Part shown: in pieces, positions 1 to 13,122 of the stretch
How the letters are laid out: each line of letters starts with the position of its first letter
Position numbering within the stretch: position 1 is the stretch's first letter
Program-made: the position numbers and the translations under genes
The notes under the pieces: generated by a model
Told to the model about the DNA's origin: nothing
The model's input: only the letters and a program-made list of their open reading frames with translations
Database searches by the model: none
Assembly: GCA_964016885.1 (NCBI GenBank)
Contig: OZ024746.1
Span: 87,544,001-87,608,000, forward strand
Length of the DNA: 64,000 nucleotides
Origin: Eledone cirrhosa
Lineage: Eukaryota
Direction of reading: 5' to 3'

Positions 1-990
1 GTGTTTCGATGTGTTCTGTACTCTCTGATACAAATCCAATGTTTTGCATAGAAATATCCCTACCTTCACATCCATACCTCTGCCTAATATATATCATGTT
101 ACTTACTGTTTGTGCATACATTAATGTTTACAATAATTAATAGGAACAGAAATTGTCTGTGCATATTTGTAAACATCCATTTGTGATTGCAAACATCTCA
201 TTGAATAAATATCTTGTATTTTTCGCTTACAGAGGAAATATACAAACATTTCTCTAATACTCAACAGACAGAACAGATGAATATATCTTCTTCAAATATT
301 ATGTGTTATTATACTCACACTATAAACTTCTGTGCTTTAATTCAAGATCGCGTATTTCGCTTATAATATTATTGTTTATCTTTGTTCAAAGGGTTCTGTT
401 ACTATATCTTATACGATATTAGCAAATACGAGTGATAATGATATATTGTAAATATAATCATTAGTATAAATAGCATAACTCCCAAGATAAGTTGCACAAT
501 AAATTCAACAAAGGAAATAATCAATTTACAAATGTAAAATACTTACAAAATCAAAAACGTAAGTCGTTAAAGTGTTATTACGCTAGCTAAATTAGAGTGA
601 AACAATGGTGTCAATCAATATACTAGGCATAGCAGAAAATATGTTTCTGAGATCTTTCACTTCTGTATTAAAACGGAGGAGGGTTTCTATGATAAGATAT
701 GTTGCCTTTTATGTACGTAAAAAGCTATTATTTGAAGATGAAATTATTGTGCTTATAGGTTTCGTCTGTCAGCCTTATCATAGGCTAAAGACATCTACTT
801 AGTAAACTAGATACACATATCTAGTCATTTATTAGGTATTTACAAATTACAAGAATATTTTTTATATGTCAAATGCACTGTTCAGTTGCATAAATATATC
901 ACGTGTGTTGAAATCAAGCATTACACGGCCGGAATTTCATTAATCCCATGATAGATAAGTTTAGAAAATCAAAAACTGACTTCTTTTTCC

Positions 991-992
<2 letters not shown>

Positions 993-1071
<79 letters not shown>

Positions 1072-1121
1072 ACTCTCTCTCTCTCTCTCTCTCTCACTCT
1101 CTCTCTCTCTCTCTCTCTCTC
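993..1121. repeat. (CT)n microsatellite
   Basis: Direct reading; explains the SLSL/ERER ORFs. Confidence 0.98.
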
Positions 1122-1715
1122 GTTTCCAATTCATCTCTCTCATTACACATCTATCTCATTACAGCTCTACATGTCGCTCACCCTCATCATTGTTTTCATT
1201 TATCTTTTGCAGGTTGATATTGTTATGACAGAAAACAACAACGTTTTGATCGAACTCCTATGAGGATCGCTAACGTAGGATGGTTCTTGTGTGATTTAGA
1301 CTTACGAGAAGCAACTTCTTTCTTTCCACAAAGCTAACTGGGGAACAATATTGATGAAGAAATCCTCAAGCAAATTCGGACCAGCTATCTCTCTACGTAA
1401 TACATCAACATGAAAGTTGAGCATTTTATGACAATAGAAACAAAATACTATAAGTTTATTCCGAAAAAAGAAGGCCAAGAGACACAACAATATTATTGCA
1501 AGAGAGAGAAAGAAACATTATTAGACGTAGAACGGCAATCTCAAACCGGCAATTCATACAACTAAAAAACAAAAAAGGAATCCCATTTGAATTATGAACT
1601 ATTTGAAATTGAAACTAAAATTAGAATCTCCTATGAAAAGGAGAAATTCGAAGGAGAAGCTAGGAGTAGATAAAACATACAACAAACTCTAATGCATTAT
1701 TTAAATTCGATAAGA

Positions 1716-1872
1716 GCGGTGGATTGTCAGTATCGGTAGTGTGTCTAACACCATGCTCTCCGGGAAAGAGTGATGTCCCTTCCCGTTCTGACTTCAAATC
1801 CCGCCGAGGTTAACTTTGCCTTTCATCCTCACTGAGATAATTGCTGGCCTTGTGCCAAATGTAGAAACAATT
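1716..1872 (+). mobile_element. tRNA-derived SINE (MetaSINE-type core), internally deleted copy
   Basis: A-box-like GGATTGTCAGTATCGG, B-box-like ACTTCAAATCCC, core GTTAACTTTGCCTTTCATCCT, tail GTAGAAACAATT; imperfect TSD ~TTAAATTCGATA. Confidence 0.85.
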
Positions 1873-2554
1873 AATTAAATTCGATATGCAATAGCTCAAT
1901 GATCCACATAAAATAGCTAAATGATCGCAGAGCCCCCAGGCGATAGGTTAGGTACTGATCAAGCAAACAAACAAGCATATGAAAATAAATGAACCAGATG
2001 AAATCCATTCTCCAAAACCCAAACACGAAAAAATTGCAACCATTACCTACATAAATAAAATGAGAAAGATATAATGTCACAAATACATGAAATGAAAGCA
2101 AATCAATATGTTGGCCTTGTTGGATTCTCAGGAATCCTTCTACAATATATAAACAAATATTTAGCGAAACCAGTTCAGTTTCATTTTCACTGTAAGTTTA
2201 AAACTGCCTGGAATACAGAAAGAGTGCATAATGCAAACAAATGCAGACCTGTCTCGCTGACATCACATATCGACACTTGAAAGGGAAAAGGCGGAAGCTG
2301 AAGTAAAACTGGACTTAAATCCTAGTAAATTAGATGATAGGTATTTCAGTTTATCATGTTTTATCTATTCCGGTGGTGTGCGTCTAATATGCACAGGCAC
2401 CAGCGATAAATCTGCTTTATATATACTTCAATTTATCGTTTTCGGTATGCCTGACCGATTTAACTCACTCAATATGCAAATTAGGCTGCTCAGCCGTTAA
2501 TTTTCATAAGGAAAGTATATACTTTCGAACGTTCAACTATCTGGCAGATGGGTA

Positions 2555-2599
2555 AACGGTGCTGATGATAGCTAACAAGCTTGAAACTAGTACATCGTT
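2555..2599 (+). ncRNA. Type I minimal hammerhead ribozyme
   Basis: Stem I AACGGTG/CATCGTT; core CTGATGA; stem II AGCT-aaca-AGCT; GAAA; palindromic stem III A-CTAG-T; cleavage triplet GUA (cut after 2592). Confidence 0.9.
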
Positions 2600-3020
2600 C
2601 CTGTGTCAGTGTTGAACAAAAAGGGGACGTGGTTGCCTTAACACCGTATGGCATAAATTCAGGCTGTTCAGTTTGTTTACAAACGAACAAAGCGACGTTA
2701 GCGCCGCTAAACTGATACGTGCATATATGTATGTGTACCTGTATGCATATGTATGTATATATGTATATATATATATATATGTGCATGCTACTGTACGTCT
2801 GTATACATATATGTATGTACGTATACATGCATACTTACATTTAAGTAAGTGCCATACTAAGAGTGAGAAATGAAATTTCGTTTTCATTTTGTTTCAATTT
2901 ATCGTTTTCGGTATGCCTGACCGATTTAACTCACTCAATATGCAAATTAGGCTGCTCAGCCGTTAATTTTCATAAGGAAAGTATATACTTTCGAACGTTC
3001 AACTATCTGGCAGATGGGTA

Positions 3021-3065
3021 AACGGTGCTGATGATAGCTAACAAGCTTGAAACTAGTACATCGTT
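3021..3065 (+). ncRNA. Type I minimal hammerhead ribozyme (second tandem copy)
   Basis: Identical to 2555-2599; predicted cut after 3058. Confidence 0.9.
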
Positions 3066-3362
3066 CCTGTGTCAGTGTTGAACAAAAAGGGGACGTGGTT
3101 GCCTTAACACCGTATGGCATAAATTCAGGCTGTTCAGTTTGTTTACAAACGAACAAAGCGACGTTAGCGCCGCTAAACTGATACGTGCATATATGTATGT
3201 GTACCTGTATGCATATGTATGTATATATGTATATATATATATATATGTGCATGCTACTGTACGTCTGTATACATATATGTATGTACGTATACATGCATAC
3301 TTACATTTAAGTAAGTGCCATACTAAGAGTGAGAAATGAAATTTCGTTTTCATTTTGTTTCA

Positions 3363-3396
<34 letters not shown>

Positions 3397-3401
<5 letters not shown>

Positions 3402-3578
3402 AACCAGTAAGACCCCGACAGCTGAGCTCAAGCCGTTTCGATGGCTAATTCGCCATCGAAACGGCTTGAGCTCAGCTGTCGGGGTCTTACTGGTTCCTAT
3501 TACCCACTCTACTACCTCAAGTATTGAGTACTTTGGTGCGTTATGGTCCACCTGGTTCCTTACCACATTTCCTTCGTT
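3397..3578 (+). mobile_element. (TA)n-embedded fold-back element, family B, carrying the 3' half of a hammerhead
   Basis: Perfect 49-bp arms 3397-3445/3452-3500; GAAA-CGGCT-tgagctc-AGCTG-TC stem III and cleavage triplet; homolog at 5972-6178. Confidence 0.85.
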
Positions 3579-3633
3579 ATATATATATATATATATATAT
3601 AAATATATATATATATAAATATATATATATATC

Positions 3634-3903
3634 TATTTCGAAAGAAATACGGTATGTTTATATATAAACATTTAGAAAGCTGTTGCTATGTGTGTTTTTT
3701 TGGGACAAGTCCAGCAGTCGTAAGAGTGGAGGGAATTGTCTTGACGAGGACCAGTTTGGTTTGAAATGCATCAACGATTGTACCTCTGGCTCCCGCTGGA
3801 CACCGCCAGAGGGCGATATACCTCGGTGTTCTTTTTTCTGCATAGTGATGGCTTTCTAAATGTTTATCTATGAACATACCATATTTGTTTAGAAATACGA
3901 AAT

Positions 3904-3905
<2 letters not shown>
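3634..3905 (+). mobile_element. (TA)n-embedded element, family A: ~57-bp terminal inverted repeats around a hammerhead (3731-3786)
   Basis: Arms 3634-3690/3841-3898; aattgtc-TTGACGA-GGACCA gtt TGGTTT-GAAA-TGCA-TC-aacgatt. Confidence 0.8.
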
Positions 3906-3992
<87 letters not shown>

Positions 3993-4357
3993 AGTGACAA
4001 TTACCTGCTCTATATCTATCCAGATATAACTTTAGCGCAGACTTCCCTGCTAGCTTATATCTTGATAAATATCTTAATTATTTACCAATACTAGTGCTAA
4101 TGATATGCTAATCAGGCCGTCCATATCAGATTATTGCTGAGAAAGAATGTGTGTATGAGCCATCAAATACATTTTTATCGTGGCTGTTTGGAAGATATAC
4201 ATACCTTTTGATGTGGTATAACTTTGTTCCAAAAATGAATTAAAACTTTTTATTATTTTAAGAAATGTTCAGTGAAATTCGAATTTTTCAGCATGTTTAC
4301 ATGTTTACATATTAAATAAGAGTAAATTAATATACACATCGGTGTTTATATATATAT

Positions 4358-4940
4358 TCGTATTCCCACCGCATTTTAAGTTACCCTAAATAGCAATACG
4401 CAGTCATTTCTACTCTCCATATATTTCATCATTTTTTCGCTGTCAACATTAGCCCTCCCCTCTACCTACCTATTTCTCTATCTACCCCACTTTCTTCCTC
4501 TCCCTTTCTCCCTCTCACTTTCACGCCCTCGCCTGACCGTTTAACAGTTCTCTTCTCCCTTACAACTGCGGCGATCGGACGTGTGTCACTTTCCTTCCTC
4601 TCGACAACTCAGTCTTGAACTTAAGTTCACTTAACGAGTCGTCTTGGATTCGTTACCTATAATTGCTCGCATATTGCTCGGTTTGTTGTTTTTTTCGGTG
4701 TTTTGTTACTGTTTTCTTTTTTTCTTTCCCTTTGCTCCTTCTTCCGTTTTCCAAATAACTTACCCAGTTATTTAACACCCTGGGCGGTAGAAGCCTTGTC
4801 TTTAAAGCGCAAACATATCCGAGAACCCCAGTAGACAGCTGATAAGGAACTCCCCACTCGCTCTTGCTTTCGTCGTATTACCACTGTATTTTAAGTTACC
4901 TTAGATAGCAACTAAACAGCCATGTCTATTCTCCATATAT
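4358..4940. repeat. Diverged direct repeat (~65 bp, ~517-bp period) between TA tracts; possible decayed pLTR-like unit
   Basis: 4358-4424 resembles 4875-4940 (tcgtatt.ccac.g.attttaagttacc.ta.atagcaa...ctccatatat). Confidence 0.6.
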
Positions 4941-4944
4941 ACAT

Positions 4945-5034
<90 letters not shown>

Positions 5035-5037
<3 letters not shown>

Positions 5038-5255
5038 TCTGCAGGTTTCCAGCGTGAGCGAGGGGGACTATCGCCTCTGCATTTTGAACTGAACTGGTCC
5101 TCATCAAGACAATTCCTCCCACACTTACGCCTGCTGGAGTTTCCAAAATACACATAGCAACGGCTTTCTAAATGTTTATATATAAACATACCGTGTTTCC
5201 TTCGAAATACAAAATAATAGGACAAATCTGTTTGCATCTATGCTTGAAGCTAAAT
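5035..5255 (-). mobile_element. Family A element, degenerate hammerhead at 5061-5120
   Basis: Reverse complement matches 3634-3800; TTGATGA-GGACCAGTT but AAAA instead of GAAA and no UH triplet. Confidence 0.75.
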
Positions 5256-5369
5256 TCTAATTCTATTCAATTATAAGTTGAGCCAACATATGCAACTTCG
5301 TATGCAGATGTGATTAAACTCCTCATTTACACAGATGAGAGAACTCTACTTTTTTTTCAAGACAAGGCA

Positions 5370-5590
5370 GTGTGTGAAGCATCGTTCTGATGAGAAAGAG
5401 TTAAGTTTGAAATGAATCGACGATTGTTCCCTTTGCTTCTGCTGGACCAACCAGAGGGCGATAACCTAAGGTCATTCACTGCATAGCGACGGTTTTGTAA
5501 ATGTTTATCTGTAAACATACCTTGTTTCTTTAGAAACACGTAATTATAATAAATATCTGTATACAGCTATGCCTGAATCAAAATCATAAG
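5370..5590 (+). mobile_element. Family A element with hammerhead 5381-5424
   Basis: ATCGTT-CTGATGA-gaaagagttaagttt-GAAA-TGAA-TC-GACGAT; downstream homologous to 3780-3905; stem II weak. Confidence 0.75.
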
Positions 5591-5607
5591 TTTATTATAT
5601 ATATATA

Positions 5608-5670
<63 letters not shown>

Positions 5671-5760
5671 CAGAAATAATAATAAATTTGAAGACTAAAA
5701 TCCGAAGAGGGCTCGATAAGGATTGATATATATCAAATATATAAGAACACTAGATCAAAT

Positions 5761-5795
<35 letters not shown>

Positions 5796-5907
5796 AGGAT
5801 TCGCATTTACCTCGTTATAAATATACTCCATCCTCCTTATTTTGAAGAAGTAACATGACGTAGAGTGATAGAAGTGAATTGTATCCTTTTATACCGAATA
5901 TATGTAT

Positions 5908-6355
<448 letters not shown>

Positions 6356-6364
6356 AGTGTGTGT

Positions 6365-6449
<85 letters not shown>

Positions 6450-7135
6450 CTTATAATTCGTATAATACGTATAATGCGCCTGTCTGAATATTTAACACAC
6501 CGCTATCTCCTAAAATTTCGTGACAATTATTTTGTATTCATATTGAGAAGAGAATTGTGTCTAGACATGCCTATACATACACAATAGATTTTCTATGAAG
6601 ATGAAGAAAATGAATTCAAAATAACACTAACATTATTCATATACTAAACGGTGATGGAGTTAAAAGTGTACCGTTATTAGATAATAGAAGGGGGAAAAAT
6701 GGATTGATAAAAAAAATAAAATGATAAGGATGTAATTTCATAAAGCCTCGTAATTCACAAATAAAATAAATTATTTTTGTGACACGTATGTTCTTCATAT
6801 AGCGTTAGCTACATAAAATATTGAAATAGTATGCATACACTCATTATCTCAATTTACATATATACGATAATATGCATAATGTTGTAAGAAACCAGCACAA
6901 GTATCGCCACTGTGACGACTCATTTCTAATGTAATTATGTGAGTTTTTGATCTGTGGACATGCCATAATCAGTTCATTTCCATGATTTAAGAATTTACGT
7001 GGAGTAATCTTTTAAGCTTCTGAATCAATTATAGACTACAAATATATAAGTATATATACATGAATATATTTTTATATATTTGCATACATTGTCGTTTGCT
7101 TTACATTATATACACACCTCCGCGCGCACGCACAC

Positions 7136-7186
<51 letters not shown>

Positions 7187-7195
7187 AGCACACAT

Positions 7196-7276
<81 letters not shown>

Positions 7277-7287
7277 CACACACACAC

Positions 7288-7357
<70 letters not shown>

Positions 7358-7423
7358 AGGTGAAACTTGAACCGGTAGGGATTCATTACTGGATATGTCA
7401 ATATTTAATGAAACAAAATTTGT

Positions 7424-7482
7424 AATTTATCTGATGAGGGCGTACTAAAGTTGTGGTACTCTTGAAATATATATAATAGAAT
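7424..7482 (+). ncRNA. Type I hammerhead, family D (element ~7356-7530)
   Basis: aatttat-CTGATGA-GGGCGTACTA aagttg TGGTACTCTT-GAAA-TATATA-TA-atagaat; homologs at 46774-46838 and 47021-47085. Confidence 0.8.
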
Positions 7483-7564
7483 AAATATGGTTTCATAAAT
7501 ATATTTTCTATTTATTAATATCATTGATATATATATACGATATTAATTTTTCGATGAAAATAAT

Positions 7565-7735
7565 AGCAAAAAGTCAAGTTATTTTACCTATTCATACAAT
7601 TGCCTTACGATCGTTTAGGAGGATTGATCATATTGACATATTGACTGATCTATAGCAGTTATATAACTGTATACCATCAGACTACATATATAGGTCCGAT
7701 CAGACCGTCTTTTTCGGAAACATTGACCACATTGA
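7565..7735 (-). mobile_element. Family K element with degenerate long-stem-II hammerhead; homolog at ~63640-63760 (+)
   Basis: Minus strand caatgttt-CCGAAAA...TAAA-CGATCG-TA-aggcaattg; the 63697 copy keeps GAAA-CGATCG-TA. Confidence 0.55.
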
Positions 7736-7832
7736 ATATATATATATATATATATATAAAGGACTAGCTTCCGAAATGTTAAAACCCATCCATATACTGT
7801 ACCGATTGTTTTGTTATTTCTCTTTGCCCTTA

Positions 7833-7945
<113 letters not shown>

Positions 7946-7959
7946 TATATATATATGAA

Positions 7960-8215
7960 GAATTAGTATATCTACCAACATATATATACAGATGCATACC
8001 TATGCTAGCTAATATATAGGTTTTGTCTTAGTAACTTTCTGGTTCAATGCAAGGGGATGCAGAACAATTATCTGAAAGACGTAAAATAAGAAAATTATAA
8101 AAATTTATTTACTTACTAAACCATGTTTATTACCTTTCAGAAACTAATTAGTTGGAGTGAAATTTTAGTAAGTAAGTTAATTTTTATAATTTTCTTCTTT
8201 TATGTCTTTCATATA
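7960..8215. mobile_element. Family C element with terminal fold-back; hammerhead 3' half only
   Basis: 7960-8120 nearly identical to 24513-24675; arms ~8074-8120/8163-8210; GAAA-CTAATTAG-TT-GGAGT. Confidence 0.8.
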
Positions 8216-8274
8216 TATATATAATAATAAAATGTGGAGAGGAGGCACAAGTGTTAGGATATATATATATATAT

Positions 8275-9281
8275 ATATGAAAACAGGGAGAAAGAGACGA
8301 TTATGAGGAAGAAAAATATATTTTTATCCTTTCTTTTTTTCTCTCTCTCTCTTTTATGGGTTAGAAAATGATTAAAACGAAATGTTTTACTTTGTGTGAG
8401 GTATTAAGGTATTGTTGATGTATTTATTATTTAACAATGACATATATTTATCTATTTATATTTTTAATTATTGTCTATTACCGGTTTCTGCATCTATATA
8501 CATTATCAAATGATAGTGAAATGTATTAGTATGGTGTAGCACATGTTAAACAGAAGGTGCAGAACGAATAATGTTATATACAAACAAGGTTTAAGAAGTG
8601 AAAAAAAAAAAAAAGGAAAAAAAAAGGAAAAAAAAAACGTGCATATTGTGGAACGTAAAAAGTCAATGTGGAAGAAAAAATAATGTTATTTATAAGCCCA
8701 GTCATTGAAGTTAAGCAGTTCAAAATGTGTTAATATCGCAAGAGTACTTAGTTGAACCATGGTTCCGCGAAGGAGGAAAATGGTGGACTGTGGTTTGATA
8801 TGATTTCCCTTTTTAGAGAGTTAATATGCAGGGGGAGGCAATTCTTGCTGGGTGATATTTAATTTATTTAAGAAAATAACATTATATTTTCTTCCGCATT
8901 GACTTTTTGCGTTCCACATTATGCACGTTTTTTTTTCCTTTTTCTTTTTTTCTTTTCACTTCTTAAACCTTGTTTGTATATAACATTATTCGTTCTGCAC
9001 CTTCTGTTTAACATGTGCGACACCACACTAATACATTTCACTATCATTTGATAATGCATATAAATGCAGAAATCGGTAATAGAAAATAATTAAAAATATA
9101 AATAGATAAATAAATGCCATTGTTAAATAATAAATACATCAAGAATACCTTAACACCTCACACAAAGTAAAACATTTCGTTTTAATCATTTTCTAACCCA
9201 TAAAAAAGAGAGAGACAAAAAAAAAGGAAAAAAAAATATTTTTCTTCCTCATAATCTTCTCTTTCTCCCTGTTTTCATATA
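8275..9281. mobile_element. Large inverted-repeat element (~420-bp arms, ~180-bp spacer) in (TA)n, family L, one hammerhead per arm
   Basis: 8275-8692 is the reverse complement of ~8873-9281; HHR at 8475-8516 (-) and 9041-9082 (+). Confidence 0.9.
9041..9082 (+). ncRNA. Hammerhead variant with U3-A8 core
   Basis: ctatcat-TTGATAA-TGCAT ataa ATGCA-GAAA-TCGG-TA-atag; the left-arm copy has CCGG; stem I short. Confidence 0.7.
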
Positions 9282-9293
9282 TATATTTATATG

Positions 9294-9351
<58 letters not shown>

Positions 9352-9357
<6 letters not shown>

Positions 9358-9950
9358 CGTAAAATAAGAAAATCTTTTTCAAAAAAATAAAAAAAAAATG
9401 TGTTACTTACTTACTTAAATTTTCACTCCAACTAATTAGTTTCTGCAATGGGATAAAGACAGTTACGTAATCTAACTGTCGAGAATTCATTGCGTCATCA
9501 GGGAGTCTATTCTCAGCTAAGTCGCCAGGCAATGCGCGGACACTGGCGGCTCATATAAAAATAATAATAATTCGGTAGATAGAACAGCTGGCGAGGACTG
9601 AATTCTATGTACTGAAATCCTCACTGCTTCTAGTCGAATGGCCGATTCTAACGAATCAATCACGTGACACAGAGGCTAGTTAGAAGGAACGGGATGGTAA
9701 GATGACTGACGCCTACTAACACCCCCCAAAAAATTTTTTTTAGAAGTGCTTTTGGCAGGTTTGCACGACAAATCAGTGATTTGGAGATAAATATAGATAA
9801 TTTAATATATCAACTAACATAAGCGCACAGATGCACGCCTATGCCAGCAAATACACAGGTTATGTCATAGTACCTAGGTGGTTCAATGCAGGAGGATGCA
9901 GAACAATAATATAAAAGACGTAAAAAAAGATTTTCTTATTTTACGTCTTT

Positions 9951-9958
<8 letters not shown>
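9352..9958 (-). mobile_element. Family C element (~560-bp unit with partial direct repeat and terminal fold-back)
   Basis: AAAAGACGTAAAA at 9352 and 9913, inverted copy 9930-9952; homology to 7960 and 24513 copies. Confidence 0.8.
9425..9506 (-). ncRNA. Type I hammerhead, family C
   Basis: ACTCC-CTGATGA-cGCAATG...GACAGTTA gattacg TAACTGTC...CATTGCa-GAAA-CTAATTAG-TT-GGAGT. Confidence 0.85.
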
Positions 9959-10846
<888 letters not shown>

Positions 10847-10878
10847 TATTATATATATATATATATATATATGTCATA

Positions 10879-11000
10879 GTGAAGGCGTGTGGCTGAGTGG
10901 TTAGAGAATTGTATTCGCAATCGTAAGGTTGTGAGTTCCATTCCTGGACCAGGCGATGCGTTATGTCCTTGAACAAGACACTTTTTTTCACGTTGCTCCT
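10879..11000 (+). mobile_element. Second tRNA-derived SINE family, 5' part
   Basis: A box TGGCTGAGTGG, B box GAGTTCCATTCC, followed by TGTCCTTGAACAAGACACTT (CORE/V-SINE-like motif). Confidence 0.75.
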
Positions 11001-11134
11001 TCTACCTGATGTTGCGACCGATAGATAGTATTAGCAATTGGAAAGACCAACGGAAACATTGTTCCCTCGGTCCGATTTGACAAAAAGTCGATCGTTCCTA
11101 TATATCTGTCATCTCGGATTCAATCGTGCGTAAC

Positions 11135-11267
11135 CACAGTAAGTAACGTACCCAATACAGAGCAGAGTATACATATTTAATATAGAAAAGGCTTCTACAG
11201 GCATGATGTGTTTCCTGATGATTTCTCCTGAATGAAACAGTTCTAGTCCTGTAGAAGCCTGTTCTAT
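11135..11267. mobile_element. Family E fold-back element with hammerhead core (11215-11249); homologs ~15345-15410 (-) and ~31965-32085 (+)
   Basis: Arms 11181-11214/11234-11267; CTGATGA-tttctcctgaat-GAAA-CAGT-TC-tag; 5' stem I replaced by the inverted arm. Confidence 0.65.
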
Positions 11268-11273
11268 ACTATG

Positions 11274-11310
<37 letters not shown>

Positions 11311-11312
<2 letters not shown>

Positions 11313-11920
11313 GTCAGGTCACCAGTTGGTGCTACTGGTAACATGTATCCCAGTACAACCTGTCTCATGGTCGGGTCGTTGGCGACTAAATTGGCAACCC
11401 CACCAAGGTTTCTTGGTGAGGAGGGTGACTTTGGACATCCTGCAGGACTAAAAACAAAACCTGTCAAAGGGCAAGGGAGCTCTTAAGACTCAATAGCCAT
11501 CCAAAATCACCGGGAGAGATGACCCCTTAGCCTTTGTCAAGGCAGAATTCTAGGAGAAGGAAAACTCTGATATAACACCTGCAACCCTGATGGTATCCAA
11601 TGATGTTGACTTGTTCTTCTTTTTGGTAAATATCATCTTGGTTAAGAGAGTGGGACTGGCTTTGTGCAGTGCCTTTGCTCACTATAAAAGCTTCACAGCA
11701 CAGGCATTGCTTTATATCTGGAGATCTCTCTGCACTTGTCATCACATGGTACCATGGGCCCTGCACTATGTGTCAATAATGGTCACAAGTGTAGTCTTTG
11801 TACCAGAGTTTTCAAGTCGCTGGCTGGACTAAAAAGTCACATTCGTTCAGCGCATCGGTAGGGGTTCTCCTACATGGATATAAAGTAGTGGCCGTACTCG
11901 AAAACGAGTTGGCAGCCACC
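11311..11920 (+). mobile_element. Non-autonomous bipartite RTE-derived element (RTE 5'UTR fused to 3' end with C2H2 remnant)
   Basis: RTE 5'UTR motif CTAGGAGAAGGAAAACTCTGA; 3' part encodes CxxC...[11 protein letters not shown]; homologs at 43652-43840 (+) and 52610-52930 (-). Confidence 0.7.
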
Positions 11921-12717
11921 ATATATATATATGTGTGTGTATGTGTATGTGTGTGTATATATATATGTATGTGTATATGTATATATGTGTGTATATGTGT
12001 ATATATATGTGTATGTGTATATATGTGTATATGTGTATATGTGTATATGTGTGTGTATATGTGTATGTATGTGTGTATATGTATACATATGTGTGTATAT
12101 GTGTGCATATGTGTGTATGTGTATACATGTGTGTATGTATATATATATGAGTGTATATATGTGTATGTGTGTGTATATATATATGTATATATATATATGT
12201 ATATATGTGTGTATATATATATGTATATGTATGTGTATATATGTATATATATGTGTGTGTATGTGTATATATGTGTGTGTATATGTATATATATATGTGT
12301 ATATATATATGTATATATGTGTGTATATGTATATATATATATGTGTGTATATGTGTATATGTGTGTGTATATATATATATATATGTGTGTATGTGTATAT
12401 ATGTGTGTGTGTGTGTATATATATATGTGTGTATGTATATATATGTGTGTATATATATATATATATATGTGTGTATGTGTGTATATATATATGTGTGTAT
12501 GTGTATGTATGTGTATGTGTGTATATATATATGTGTGTATGTGTATGTATGTGTATATGTGTGTATATGTGTATATATATGTATGTGTGTGTATATATAT
12601 ATATATATATGTGTATATGTATATGTATGTATATATGTATATATATGTATGTGTATGTGTATGTGTGTGTATATATATATATGTATATGTATGTGTATGT
12701 GTATATATATGTGTATA

Positions 12718-12756
<39 letters not shown>
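11921..12756. repeat. Complex (TA)/(TG) low-complexity array
   Basis: Direct reading; source of the 200-360 aa spurious ORFs. Confidence 0.97.
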
Positions 12757-12759
<3 letters not shown>

Positions 12760-13122
12760 GGAGAAGGAAAACTCTGATAAAACACCTGCAACCCTGATGG
12801 TATCCAATGATGTTGACTTGTTCTTCTTTTTGGTAAATATCATCTTGGTTAAGAGAGTGGGACTGGCTTTGTGCAGTGCCTTTGCTCACTATAACTGCTT
12901 CACGGCACAGGCATTGCTTTATATCTGGAGATTTCTCTGCACTTGTCGTCACATGGTACTATGGGCCCAGCACTGTCAATAATTGTCACAAGTGTAGTGT
13001 TTGTACCAGAGTTTACAAGTCGCTGGCTGGACTAAAAATTCACACTCGTTCAGCGCTTCGGTAGGGGTTCTCCTACATGGATATAAAGTAGTGGCCGTAC
13101 TCGAAAACGAGTTGGCAGCCAC
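12757..13122 (+). mobile_element. Duplicate of the 3' part (11550-11920) of the RTE-derived element
   Basis: Highly similar, with several substitutions and small indels. Confidence 0.9.

Larger units (their letters stand above)
2427..3368 (+). repeat. Tandem repeat of 466-bp unit (2 copies + 10 bp), each unit with a hammerhead ribozyme; retrozyme/pLTR-like
   Basis: 2427-2892 matches 2893-3358; identical ORF-track translations offset by 466; ends in (TA)n. Confidence 0.95.

Noticed and set aside
1190-1263. Strong splice acceptor (tttatcttttgcag) suggesting an exon
   Set aside because: Best frame stops after 16 codons and there is no recognisable homology; cannot be supported without RNA data
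1716-1810. tRNA gene calls for the A/B-box sequences
   Set aside because: They are SINE heads: multi-copy, with core, tail and TSDs
4780-4830. Possible hammerhead remnant in the 517-bp direct-repeat unit
   Set aside because: Core too degenerate to call
11798-12952. Long ORFs of 200-360 aa, and all YI/CV/HT/SL-rich ORFs in the track
   Set aside because: Translations of stop-free microsatellites; no protein signal
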